Origin: an uncultured Bacteroides sp.
Lineage (GTDB): Bacteria > Bacteroidota > Bacteroidia > G022818785
Reading direction: 5' to 3'
NCBI GenBank assembly: GCA_964620755.1
Contig: CAZUHH010000008.1
Span: 123,314 to 187,313 of the forward strand
Length of the DNA: 64,000 nt
The translations under genes and the position numbers were made by a program. Positions 31,992-43,181 of this stretch are shown piece by piece. The first letter of the stretch is position 1. The number at the start of each line of letters is the position of its first letter. The notes below the pieces were generated by a model. That model was not told where the DNA came from, did no database searches, and saw only the letters and a program-made list of their open reading frames with translations.

Positions 31992-32840
31992 ATGCCAGAA
32001 TTTATTGCTAAGTTAAATAATATAGCCAGTCAAATAAGAAGGGATATTTTACGTATGATATATAATGCTAAATCTGGACATCCTGGAGGATCACTAGGCG
32101 CAACTGAATGTCTTGTATCATTATATTTTCACATTATGAATCATAATAAAAAATTCTCAATGAATGGCATTAATGAAGATATATTTTTTTTATCAAATGG
32201 CCATATATCTCCTTTATGGTATAGTGTTTTAGCAAGATGTGGTTATTTTGATATTAATGAACTAAATACTTTTAGACAAATTAATTCTAAATTACAAGGA
32301 CATCCAACAAATTCTGAAAATCTGCCAGGTGTTAGAATTTCTTCAGGATCATTAGGTCAAGGGTTATCAGTTGCTTTAGGAGCTGCATTAGCAAAAAAAC
32401 TTAATAATGATTATTCTTTAATATATAGTATGCATGGAGATGGAGAATTACAAGAAGGTCAGAATTGGGAAGCAGCAATGTTTGCTTCTCATTATAAAAT
32501 TGATAATATAATTGCTATTATAGATTGTAATAATCAGCAAATAGATGGTAGTGTAGAACAAATTATGTCATTAGGTAATTTATCGGATAAATGGCAATCT
32601 TTTGGGTGGATAACAGTAAAATTGCTAAACGGCAATAATTTTGAAAATGTTATTAAAACTATTGAATATGCTAAAACATTATCTTTTAATAAAAAACCTG
32701 TAGTTATTTTAATGACAACTAAAATGGGCTATGGAGTGGATTTTATGACTGGAACTAATCATTGGCATGGTAAATCTCCCAATAAAGAAGAGTTATTAAA
32801 AGCTTTAAGCCAATTAAAAGAAACTTTAGGAGATTATTAA
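31992..32840 (+). CDS. Transketolase, N-terminal (TPP-binding) subunit
   Basis: SGHPGGSL, LSNGH, LQGHP, GSLGQGLS, GDGELQEGQNWEA, WHGK. Confidence 0.94.
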   Translation: MPEFIAKLNNIASQIRRDILRMIYNAKSGHPGGSLGATECLVSLYFHIMNHNKKFSMNGINEDIFFLSNGHISPLWYSVLARCGYFDINELNTFRQINSKLQGHPTNSENLPGVRISSGSLGQGLSVALGAALAKKLNNDYSLIYSMHGDGELQEGQNWEAAMFASHYKIDNIIAIIDCNNQQIDGSVEQIMSLGNLSDKWQSFGWITVKLLNGNNFENVIKTIEYAKTLSFNKKPVVILMTTKMGYGVDFMTGTNHWHGKSPNKEELLKALSQLKETLGDY

Positions 32841-32866
32841 TAATAAATAATTAAAAAGATCATTTT

Positions 32867-33820
32867 ATGAATCAATATAATTTGAAAATAAAAAAAGATA
32901 CTAGATCAGGTTTTGGGGCTGGATTATTAGAATTAGGAGCTAAATTTAATAATATAGTGGCTTTATGTGCTGATTTAACTACTTCTTTAAAAATGGATGC
33001 TTTTAAAAATAAATATCCTGATAGATTTTTTCAAGTAGGTATTGCAGAAGCTAATATGATTAGTATAGCAGCTGGGATGACTATAGGCAATAAAATTCCT
33101 TATACAGGTAGTTTTGCTAATTTTTCCACAGGAAGAGTTTATGATCAAATAAGGCAATCAATTGCTTATTCTAATAAAAATGTGAAAATATGTGCATCTC
33201 ATGCAGGTCTTACTTTAGGAGAAGATGGAGCTACTCATCAGATATTAGAAGATATAGGATTAATGAAAATGTTACCTAATATGATTGTCATATGTCCTTG
33301 TGATTACAATCAAACAAAGGCAGCAACTATTGCTATAGCAGATTATTATGGTCCTGTTTATTTAAGATTTGGAAGACCTAAAGTTCCTGTTTTTACAGAT
33401 GAGAATGCAAAATTTGAAATAGGTAAAGGAATAATTATAAAAAAGGGAGTTGATATTACAATTATTGCCACGGGATATTTAGTTTGGGAAGCTATAATAG
33501 CTAGTCAAATGCTTTCAGAAAACGGAATAAATGTTGAAATTATTAATATACATACTATTAAACCTTTAGATGAAACAATAATATTGGATTCTGTATCAAA
33601 AACTAAATTAGTAATTGTTGCTGAAGAGCATCAAAAAAATGGAGGATTAGGAGATAGTGTTGCTCAATTATTATCATTAAAAATGCCTACAAAAATGGAT
33701 ATAATTGCAGTTAATGATTCATTTGGTGAAAGTGGGCAACCAGAACTTTTAATGAAAAAATATGGATTAGATAGTTATGCTATTGTTAAATCAGTAAATA
33801 ATTTATTATTGTATAAATAA
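32867..33820 (+). CDS. Transketolase, C-terminal subunit
   Basis: GIAEANM, GEDGATHQ, GPVYLRFGR, TIKPLD, EEHQKNGGLG, FGESG. Confidence 0.94.
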   Translation: MNQYNLKIKKDTRSGFGAGLLELGAKFNNIVALCADLTTSLKMDAFKNKYPDRFFQVGIAEANMISIAAGMTIGNKIPYTGSFANFSTGRVYDQIRQSIAYSNKNVKICASHAGLTLGEDGATHQILEDIGLMKMLPNMIVICPCDYNQTKAATIAIADYYGPVYLRFGRPKVPVFTDENAKFEIGKGIIIKKGVDITIIATGYLVWEAIIASQMLSENGINVEIINIHTIKPLDETIILDSVSKTKLVIVAEEHQKNGGLGDSVAQLLSLKMPTKMDIIAVNDSFGESGQPELLMKKYGLDSYAIVKSVNNLLLYK

Positions 33821-33838
33821 ATTAATTAATATAAAAAT

Positions 33839-35683
33839 ATGTCAATACATATGTTAACTTTTGATAAAGAGCAAAATGTAGTCTATGGGTTAAAAGATAA
33901 AAGTGATTTAATAGCCAGCGATATTGTTAATATAATTAACAGTAAATCATCTAATGGATTAAAAACTGTTATAGGTCTTTCTTATAATAAAAACATTCAT
34001 TTTATATATGATGCATTAATTTTAATGTATAAAAAACACAAAGTTACATTTAATAATGTTTTTATTTTTAATTTAACTGATTTTTACCCAATTAAAACAA
34101 ATGATTTATATAGTCATTATAATTACATATATAAAAATTTTGTTAATTGTGTTGATATACCATTAGATAATTTTTATACATTTGGTTGTGATAATAATAT
34201 ATCCAATATTGATATTAATTGTGTAAAATATGACAATAAAATAGATTCTTTAGGTGGTTTTGATATTGTATTAACAGATATTGATTTATATAACAATATA
34301 GTATGTTTTAATGATGATATAGATAAAAATATTGATTCTGTTACTAGAATTATTAAATTAAATGAAGCAACACAATGTTATATTTTTAATAATTATCTTT
34401 ATAAAGACATAATATTTGATAAAATTGTAACAGTAGGTTTAAGCAAAATAATGAATGCTAAATTGATTATTGCTTTATCAAATGGAATAGATAATAATAC
34501 AAAAATAAACAATATATATCAACATATTAATTATTTAACATCAAAACATAATAATATATTTTTCTATATAAATAACATATCATATAATAAAATTAATATA
34601 ATAAATTCATTTAATCTAAAAAATAGATATAATAATACTGATAAATCCATTATAGAGCTATCTTTTAAATTAAAAAAATCAATATTACAATTAACTCAAG
34701 ATGATTACAAAAATAATAATTTAAGTTATTGTTTAGAAAAAAATAAAGATTTAAAAACAATTAATACTAAAATATATAATAACATATCTAACACAATTAC
34801 TGATTATCCCGGTAAACATAATAATACACGTAATTATAATAAAAATATTATAATATTTAGCCCCCATCCTGATGATGATATAATTTCAATGGGAGGAACT
34901 ATGATTAAGTTACATAATCAAGGATATGATGTTCATGTAGTTTATCAAACATCAGGTAATATAGCTGTCTCTGATTCTAAAGTTTTAAAATATATAGATT
35001 TTATTAATGATTATCACAAATTGCTCAATATAAAAAATTATAAAATCGATAGTTTGTATTTAACGATAAATGATTTTTTAAAATCTAAAAAGTATTCTTT
35101 AGATAAAGACAGTATTTTAGTACGTAGAATTAAAGGGCTAATTAGAAGAAATGAAGCTAAAGAAACATGTAAATATATTGGTATTGATGTTAAAAATTTA
35201 CATTTTCTTGATATGCCTTTTTATGAAACAGGAAATATTATAAAAAATAAATTAAAAAATGAAGATATCAATTTATTAATTGATATTATTAAAAAAATAA
35301 ATCCTATTCAAATATATGCTGCAGGTGATTGGTTAGATCCTCATGGTACTCATAAAACATGTTTTAGTGCTATTATGACAGCTGTTAATTGTTTAAAAAG
35401 TTTTAATAAATATATTATATGGTTATATAGAGGAGCATGGGATGAATGGCATATCAATGATATTGATATGGCAGTACCTATAAATAATAACGAATTATTG
35501 ATAAAAAAACAAGGTATTTTAAAACATGAATCTCAAAGAGATGAAGTATTATTTAAAGGTAACGATAAAAGAGAATTTTGGCTCAGATCTCAAGATAGAA
35601 ATAAAAAAACCGCCAAATTATATAATAAATTAGGATTTATACAATTAAATGCTGTAGAAGCATTTGCTCAATATCACTACTAA
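33839..35683 (+). CDS. NagB-like glucosamine-6-phosphate deaminase/PIG-L deacetylase fusion; deaminase domain degenerate
   Basis: The C-terminal domain is conserved (FSPHPDDDIISMGGT, QTSGNIAV, LDMPFYETG, DPHGTH, WLYRGAW, HESQ, DKREFW). The N-terminal domain is only residually NagB-like. Confidence 0.85.
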   Translation: MSIHMLTFDKEQNVVYGLKDKSDLIASDIVNIINSKSSNGLKTVIGLSYNKNIHFIYDALILMYKKHKVTFNNVFIFNLTDFYPIKTNDLYSHYNYIYKNFVNCVDIPLDNFYTFGCDNNISNIDINCVKYDNKIDSLGGFDIVLTDIDLYNNIVCFNDDIDKNIDSVTRIIKLNEATQCYIFNNYLYKDIIFDKIVTVGLSKIMNAKLIIALSNGIDNNTKINNIYQHINYLTSKHNNIFFYINNISYNKINIINSFNLKNRYNNTDKSIIELSFKLKKSILQLTQDDYKNNNLSYCLEKNKDLKTINTKIYNNISNTITDYPGKHNNTRNYNKNIIIFSPHPDDDIISMGGTMIKLHNQGYDVHVVYQTSGNIAVSDSKVLKYIDFINDYHKLLNIKNYKIDSLYLTINDFLKSKKYSLDKDSILVRRIKGLIRRNEAKETCKYIGIDVKNLHFLDMPFYETGNIIKNKLKNEDINLLIDIIKKINPIQIYAAGDWLDPHGTHKTCFSAIMTAVNCLKSFNKYIIWLYRGAWDEWHINDIDMAVPINNNELLIKKQGILKHESQRDEVLFKGNDKREFWLRSQDRNKKTAKLYNKLGFIQLNAVEAFAQYHY

Positions 35684-35690
35684 ATATATT

Positions 35691-36884
35691 TTATAAAATA
35701 TTACGAATAATGTTATCTAAATCTCTTAATTCATTAATATAATGAAAAGATTTTATTTGAGAATTGTTAATTATATCTTTAGCTAATTCATTGTTAGTAC
35801 CATTTAAACGAATAACAAATGGAATATCTATTTTATTATGTTTTTTATAAGAATTAATAATACCTTTAGCTACTTCATCACATCTTACTATGCCTCCAAA
35901 TATATTAATAAATACTATTTTAACATTATTGTCTCGTAATATAATATTTAAAGCCTTTTCAACAGTAGATTTATTAGCCACTCCTCCTATATCTAAAAAA
36001 TTAGCTGGATTTCCTCCTAATAACTTAATAATATCCATTGTGGCCATTGCTAATCCAGCTCCATTAACCATACAACCAACATTACCATTAAGTTTTATGT
36101 AATTTAAATTATTTTTACGAGCTTCTGTTTCATTATTATCTTCTTCACTTAAATCTCTTAATAATGCATATTGTAATTGTCTATAAAGTGCATTATCATC
36201 TAATGATATTTTACAATCTACTGCATATAAACTGTCTGATCCATTATATAGCCATGGATTTATTTCAATAAGATTTGCATCAATAGAAATATATGTCTTA
36301 TATATACACTTTATTATTTTAACAGCATTAAATATACTATTTTTAGGAATATTAAGATTAATAGCAATTCTTCTGGCTTGATAATCTGTTAATCCAAGGG
36401 AAGGATTTATTGGTTCTTTATAAATTTTATTAGGATATTTAATAGCTACTTCTTCTATAGACATTCCTCCTTCAGGGGAATATACCATAACATTTGATTC
36501 AGTTTTACGATCTAAAATTATACTAATATAGTATTCCTTTAATAAATTATAGCAATTAACTGGATATAAATCTTCTGCTATCAAAATTTTATTTACTATT
36601 TTGCCTTCTGGACCTGTTTGCTCAGTTATTAATGTTTTATTTAAAAGAGATTTTGCAATATTGATAGTTTCATCTAATGATTTGGCTAATTTAACACCTC
36701 CACTTTTACCTCTGCCACCTGCGTGAATTTGAGCTTTAATAATCCAATATTTTGTATTTGTAAGCAATTTAATTTTATTTGCAGTATCTATAACATCATC
36801 TATTTTACTAATTATCATTCCTCTTTGTATTGGAATGTTAAATCTAGTTAATATATCTTTTGCTTGATATTCATGTATATTCAT
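35691..36884 (-). CDS. sucC: Succinate--CoA ligase beta subunit
   Basis: MNIHEYQAK, KAQIHAGGRGKSGGVK, GNVGCMVNGAGLAMATMD, NIFGGIVRCD. Confidence 0.97.
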   Translation of the reverse strand: MNIHEYQAKDILTRFNIPIQRGMIISKIDDVIDTANKIKLLTNTKYWIIKAQIHAGGRGKSGGVKLAKSLDETINIAKSLLNKTLITEQTGPEGKIVNKILIAEDLYPVNCYNLLKEYYISIILDRKTESNVMVYSPEGGMSIEEVAIKYPNKIYKEPINPSLGLTDYQARRIAINLNIPKNSIFNAVKIIKCIYKTYISIDANLIEINPWLYNGSDSLYAVDCKISLDDNALYRQLQYALLRDLSEEDNNETEARKNNLNYIKLNGNVGCMVNGAGLAMATMDIIKLLGGNPANFLDIGGVANKSTVEKALNIILRDNNVKIVFINIFGGIVRCDEVAKGIINSYKKHNKIDIPFVIRLNGTNNELAKDIINNSQIKSFHYINELRDLDNIIRNIL

Positions 36885-37016
36885 TAATATGATAAATTTT
36901 TACACTAAATATATAAATACTTTTATATATTGTCAATTATAATATAAATATTTATTTATGTAAAAATATTTATATTATAAAATAATTTATTTAGTATAAA
37001 AATTAATATATTTTAT

Positions 37017-37826
37017 ATGTTAAATTTAAAAAGACCATTGGTTTTTATAGATTTAGAAGCTACAGGTTTAAATATTGCACAAGATAAAATTATAGAATAT
37101 TCTTTTTACAAAGTTATTGCTAACAATAATTATAAAATTTTATATGATAGAGTTGATCCTGGTATACCAATACCTATAAAATCATCTAAAATACATAATA
37201 TATATGATATAGATATTAAAAATAAACAAACATTTAAATATCATGCTAATAAAATATTAGACTTTTTAAATAATTGTGATTTAGCAGGATATAATTGCAA
37301 TAGATTTGATATACCTATTTTAACAGAAGAATTTCTAAGAATTAATATTGATTTTAAAATTGACAATTATAAAATTATTGATGTGCAAAATATTTTTCAT
37401 AAAATGGAACCAAGAACATTATCAGCGGCATATAAATTTTATTGTAATAAAGAGTTAATTAATGCTCATTCAGCAAAATATGATAGTATGGCTACATATG
37501 AAGTGTTATTAGCACAAATATCAAAATATAAAAATATACAAATTAAAGATAAAGAGGGAATATATTTTAATCCCATCACTAGTAATGTCAATGATTTAAA
37601 TAATTTTACTACTACTAATAAAAATGTAGATTTAGTTGGTAAGATAATATATAATGATGAAGGAAAAGAAATTTTTAATTTTGGTAAGTATATAGGGAAA
37701 ATTGTAGAACATGTTTTAGAAAAAGATCCTTATTATTATTCATGGATTATGAAAAGCAATTTTACTTTAAATACTAAAAAAAAAATAACTGAAATAAAAT
37801 ATAGAAAGTTAAAATATAAAAAATAA
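37017..37826 (+). CDS. dnaQ: DEDDh 3'-5' exonuclease (DNA polymerase III epsilon-like)
   Basis: FIDLEATGL, GYNCNRFDIPIL, HSAKYD, C-terminal FNFGKY...YYSWI extension of the Bacteroidota type. Confidence 0.85.
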   Translation: MLNLKRPLVFIDLEATGLNIAQDKIIEYSFYKVIANNNYKILYDRVDPGIPIPIKSSKIHNIYDIDIKNKQTFKYHANKILDFLNNCDLAGYNCNRFDIPILTEEFLRINIDFKIDNYKIIDVQNIFHKMEPRTLSAAYKFYCNKELINAHSAKYDSMATYEVLLAQISKYKNIQIKDKEGIYFNPITSNVNDLNNFTTTNKNVDLVGKIIYNDEGKEIFNFGKYIGKIVEHVLEKDPYYYSWIMKSNFTLNTKKKITEIKYRKLKYKK

Positions 37827-37853
37827 GCACTAAAATATTTATTAGTGCTTATT
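37822..37853. terminator. Perfect 12-bp hairpin between convergent dnaQ and dnaK, probable bidirectional terminator
   Basis: AATAAGCACTAA (37822-37833), 8-nt loop, TTAGTGCTTATT (37842-37853). The A-run on its left gives a U-tract for the dnaK transcript. Confidence 0.7.
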
Positions 37854-37871
37854 ATAAAAAGTAATAATACT

Positions 37872-39758
<1,887 letters not shown>

Positions 39759-39798
39759 TTAAAAAAAATTATTAATTTACAATATTGTTAATAAATAC

Positions 39799-39815
39799 TT
39801 CAATACTTGTGCCAA
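39799..39815 (-). promoter_or_regulatory. Putative sigma-54 (-24/-12) promoter of dnaK
   Basis: The minus strand reads TTGGCACAAGTATTGAA, i.e. TGGCAC-N5-TTG(A) with canonical spacing and one mismatch at the -12 C. It is correctly oriented about 45 nt upstream of the dnaK ATG, and rpoN is present in the window. Confidence 0.65.
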
Positions 39816-39847
39816 GTGTAAATTATTTATTATAATTATATTTCAAT

Positions 39848-39862
39848 ATGACTAAATGGCAG
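39848..39862. promoter_or_regulatory. Imperfect palindrome upstream of the dnaK sigma-54 element, candidate activator-binding site
   Basis: ATGACTAAATGGCAG (reverse complement CTGCCATTTAGTCAT), a TG(A/C)CA-N3-TG(G/T)CA-like dyad that is GC-rich relative to the spacer. Confidence 0.4.
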
Positions 39863-40030
39863 TTATATTTATATTTTCATAAAATAAATGATGTAATATT
39901 TACAATATATTTTATAAATTGCAATATTATATAAAATATTTCTACCATAATTTATATTATGCTTTTTTTTAGCATTTAATAATAAATATTAATATCATTA
40001 AAATATTGACTATACATTTTTATTAAAATA

Positions 40031-42832
40031 ATGAAAGATAAAAATATAAAATCCGTTTTAATTATAGGATCTGGTCCTATAATAATTGGTCAGGCATGTG
40101 AATTTGATTATTCTGGATCTCAAGCATCTATGGCATTGAAAGAAGAAAATATTGAAGTATCAATTATTAATTCTAATCCAGCTACTATTATGACTGATAG
40201 TATAATATCAGATAATATATATTTAATGCCTATAACAATAGATTCCATTATTGCTATATTAAAAAAACATATTAAAGATTCTAAACCTATAGATTCTGTT
40301 TTACCTACTATGGGAGGTCAAACTGCATTAAATTTATGTATGAAAATGCACAATTTAGGATTATGGAAAAAATATAATGTCAATATAATAGGTGTAGATG
40401 CTCATACAATAGATATTACAGAAAATAGAGAAAAATTTAAAAAATTAATGACAGATATAGGTATTGACGTTGCTCATTCTTATATTGCTAAATCTTTTAA
40501 AGAAGGCGAAACAATAGCTAAAAATATAGGATTACCTTTAGTAATAAGATCATCGTATACTCTGGGAGGCACAGGAGGTGGTATTGTATATAATATTAAA
40601 GATTTAAAAAATTCCCTAACAAAAGGATTAAATGCTTCTCCTTCCAATGAAGTAATTATAGAAAAATCATTATATGGTTGGAAAGAATTTGAATTAGAAC
40701 TTATCAAAGATAAAAATGATAACATTATTATTATTTGCCCAATAGAAAACTTTGATCCAATGGGCATTCACACAGGGGATTCTATAACAGTTGCTCCAAC
40801 TATGACTTTGCCAGATACATTATATCAAAAAATGCGTAATTGGGCAATTAAAATGACTAAATCAATAGGTAATTTTACAGGGGGATGTAATGTACAATTT
40901 GGCATTAATCCTATTAATAATGATATGGTAGCTATAGAAATAAATCCTAGAGTATCTAGATCGTCTGCACTTGCATCTAAAGCAACAGGATATCCGATTG
41001 CTAAAATTGCAGCTAAATTATCTATAGGATATACTTTAGATGAATTAAAAAATCAAATTACAAAGAATACATCTGCATATTTTGAACCTACAATAGATTA
41101 TGTAGTTGTTAAAATTCCAAGATGGGATTTTAATAAATTTAAAGGATGTGACACTACATTAGGATTGCAAATGAAATCAGTAGGAGAAGTCATGGCTATA
41201 GGAAGAAATTTTAATCAAGCATTTTTAAAAGCTTGTGATTCTATAGAATCAGATATTTTAAATATTAAATATAGAAATAAAATTGATGATAGTAAAATTA
41301 TTAGCAATATTAAATATCCATCATGGAATAGAATTTTATATATCAAACATGCTATTCAATTAGGCGTTTCATTAAAAGAAATAAACAATATAACGAAAAT
41401 TGATAATTGGTTTTTAAATAAAATAAATGAATTAGTAATATTAGAAAACCATCTATTAAAATATAATATAAAAAATTTGCCTTTTAATTTATTAAAAGAA
41501 TGTAAAGAAAATGGATTTTCAGATTATCATATTGCTAATATACTAAAATCAAATGAAAATGATGTTAGAATTTTACGAGAAAAAAATAATATCAATAGAA
41601 TTTATAAAATGGTTGATACATGTGCAGGAGAATTTAATGCAAAAACTCCATATTACTATTCTACATTTAATGAAAAAAATGAATCTAATAATAGTAGAAA
41701 CAAAAAAATACTTATTATAGGTTCAGGACCTAATAGAATTGGTCAAGGTATAGAATTTGATTATTCATGTGTACATGGAATTATTGGAATTAAAGAATGT
41801 GGATATGAAGCTATAATGATTAACTGTAATCCTGAAACTGTATCTACTGATTTCAATATAGCTAATAAATTATATTTTGAACCATTATCATGGGAATATA
41901 TATATGATATTATTAAGCTAGAACAACCTAATGGAGTAATTACGCAATTAGGTGGACAAACATCTATTAAAATATCACAGTATTTATTTAAAAATAAAAT
42001 ACCAATATGTGGAACAACATATGACAATATTGATCTTGCTGAAAATAGAGGTAATTTTTCATCTTTATTAAAAGAAATTGATATACCATATCCAAAATAT
42101 GGTAGTACTAATAATTTAAAAGATGCTATATTAATTGCTAATAAAATAGGATATCCTTTATTAGTAAGACCAAATTATGTTTTAGGGGGACAAGGAATAA
42201 ATATAGTTTATAATGATATTGATTTAAAAAAATCAATTAAATTGTTAGGTAATATAATGTTATATAATAATATATTAATTGATCAATTTATAGAAAATGC
42301 TCAAGAAGCTGAATCAGATGCAATATGTGACGGTAAAGATGTTTTCATAATAGGTATTATGGAACATATAGAAAAAGCTGGCATACATTCTGGAGACTCT
42401 AATTCTGTATTACCTCCTTTTAGTCTTTCTGATAATGTCATAAATAAAATAAAGCAATATACTATCATTTTAGCTAAAAAATTAAATATAAAAGGATTTA
42501 TTAATATTCAATTTGCAATTAAAAATGAAATAGTATATGTAATAGAAGCCAATCCACGTGTATCACGAACTGTTCCATTTATTTCTAAAGCATATAATAT
42601 TCCATTTGTAAATATTGCTACTAAAATAATGATTAATGCTAAAAAAATATCTGATTTTAAAATAAAACCTCATATAAATGGATATGCTATTAAAGAGCCC
42701 ATATTTTCTTTTGACAAATTTCCTAATATACAAAAAAAATTAGGTCCAGAAATGAAATCTACAGGAGAAAATATTAAATTTATTAAAAATAAAAAAGATC
42801 TTATTTTGAATATAAAATCTCTGAATTTATAA
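40031..42832 (+). CDS. carB: Carbamoyl-phosphate synthase large subunit (short Bacteroidota form without the MGS domain)
   Basis: IGSGPIIIGQACEFDYSG, PTMGGQTALN, EINPRVSRSSALASKATG, GSGPNRIGQGIEFDY; ends shortly after GPEMKSTGE. Confidence 0.97.
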   Translation: MKDKNIKSVLIIGSGPIIIGQACEFDYSGSQASMALKEENIEVSIINSNPATIMTDSIISDNIYLMPITIDSIIAILKKHIKDSKPIDSVLPTMGGQTALNLCMKMHNLGLWKKYNVNIIGVDAHTIDITENREKFKKLMTDIGIDVAHSYIAKSFKEGETIAKNIGLPLVIRSSYTLGGTGGGIVYNIKDLKNSLTKGLNASPSNEVIIEKSLYGWKEFELELIKDKNDNIIIICPIENFDPMGIHTGDSITVAPTMTLPDTLYQKMRNWAIKMTKSIGNFTGGCNVQFGINPINNDMVAIEINPRVSRSSALASKATGYPIAKIAAKLSIGYTLDELKNQITKNTSAYFEPTIDYVVVKIPRWDFNKFKGCDTTLGLQMKSVGEVMAIGRNFNQAFLKACDSIESDILNIKYRNKIDDSKIISNIKYPSWNRILYIKHAIQLGVSLKEINNITKIDNWFLNKINELVILENHLLKYNIKNLPFNLLKECKENGFSDYHIANILKSNENDVRILREKNNINRIYKMVDTCAGEFNAKTPYYYSTFNEKNESNNSRNKKILIIGSGPNRIGQGIEFDYSCVHGIIGIKECGYEAIMINCNPETVSTDFNIANKLYFEPLSWEYIYDIIKLEQPNGVITQLGGQTSIKISQYLFKNKIPICGTTYDNIDLAENRGNFSSLLKEIDIPYPKYGSTNNLKDAILIANKIGYPLLVRPNYVLGGQGINIVYNDIDLKKSIKLLGNIMLYNNILIDQFIENAQEAESDAICDGKDVFIIGIMEHIEKAGIHSGDSNSVLPPFSLSDNVINKIKQYTIILAKKLNIKGFINIQFAIKNEIVYVIEANPRVSRTVPFISKAYNIPFVNIATKIMINAKKISDFKIKPHINGYAIKEPIFSFDKFPNIQKKLGPEMKSTGENIKFIKNKKDLILNIKSLNL

Positions 42833-43181
42833 TTTTAGAATCTTTAAAAGAAGAATATATTTCTTGATATTGTTTATGTGCTTCATAATAGGATTCATAA
42901 TTACCTATTGTTAATATAAATATTGAATTATAATATTGAAAATATATATTATGGTCAGGGTATTTTTTTAAATACTTTTTTTTAGTATGTAAATATTCAT
43001 TAATATCTTTACCATAATATATCATTATTCTATATCCATTTATAATTTTAGGTTTTTTATTTTCTAATATTCTTTGATTAATAATAATGTCAATAATTGG
43101 ATCTTTTTGTTCTATTAAAATTATATTTAATAAACAATATGCAATAAATAAAATCATAACATATTTTAATTTATATTCCAT
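42801..43181 (-). CDS. Probable SPOR-domain (peptidoglycan-binding) exported protein
   Basis: Hydrophobic N-terminus, then GYRIMIYYG...YPDHNIYFQY...FILTIGNYESYYEA, matching the SPOR pattern. Probable start is the ATG at 43181, overlapping the secA stop. Confidence 0.65.
   Translation of the reverse strand: MEYKLKYVMILFIAYCLLNIILIEQKDPIIDIIINQRILENKKPKIINGYRIMIYYGKDINEYLHTKKKYLKKYPDHNIYFQYYNSIFILTIGNYESYYEAHKQYQEIYSSFKDSKIINSEILYSK

Noticed and set aside
31992-36884. Split transketolase, and sucC without an adjacent sucD, as fragmentation or gene loss
   Set aside because: Two-gene transketolase and unlinked sucC/sucD are ordinary in Bacteroidota.
39891-39933. Imperfect inverted repeat in the dnaK-carB spacer as an ncRNA or CIRCE element
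   Set aside because: It is A/T-rich with a bulge and mismatches, and does not match CIRCE (TTAGCACTC-N9-GAGTGCTAA).
42700-42832. carB as a truncated pseudogene
   Set aside because: The ~930-950 aa form ending soon after MKSTGE is the normal Bacteroidota type, and both ATP-grasp halves are intact.
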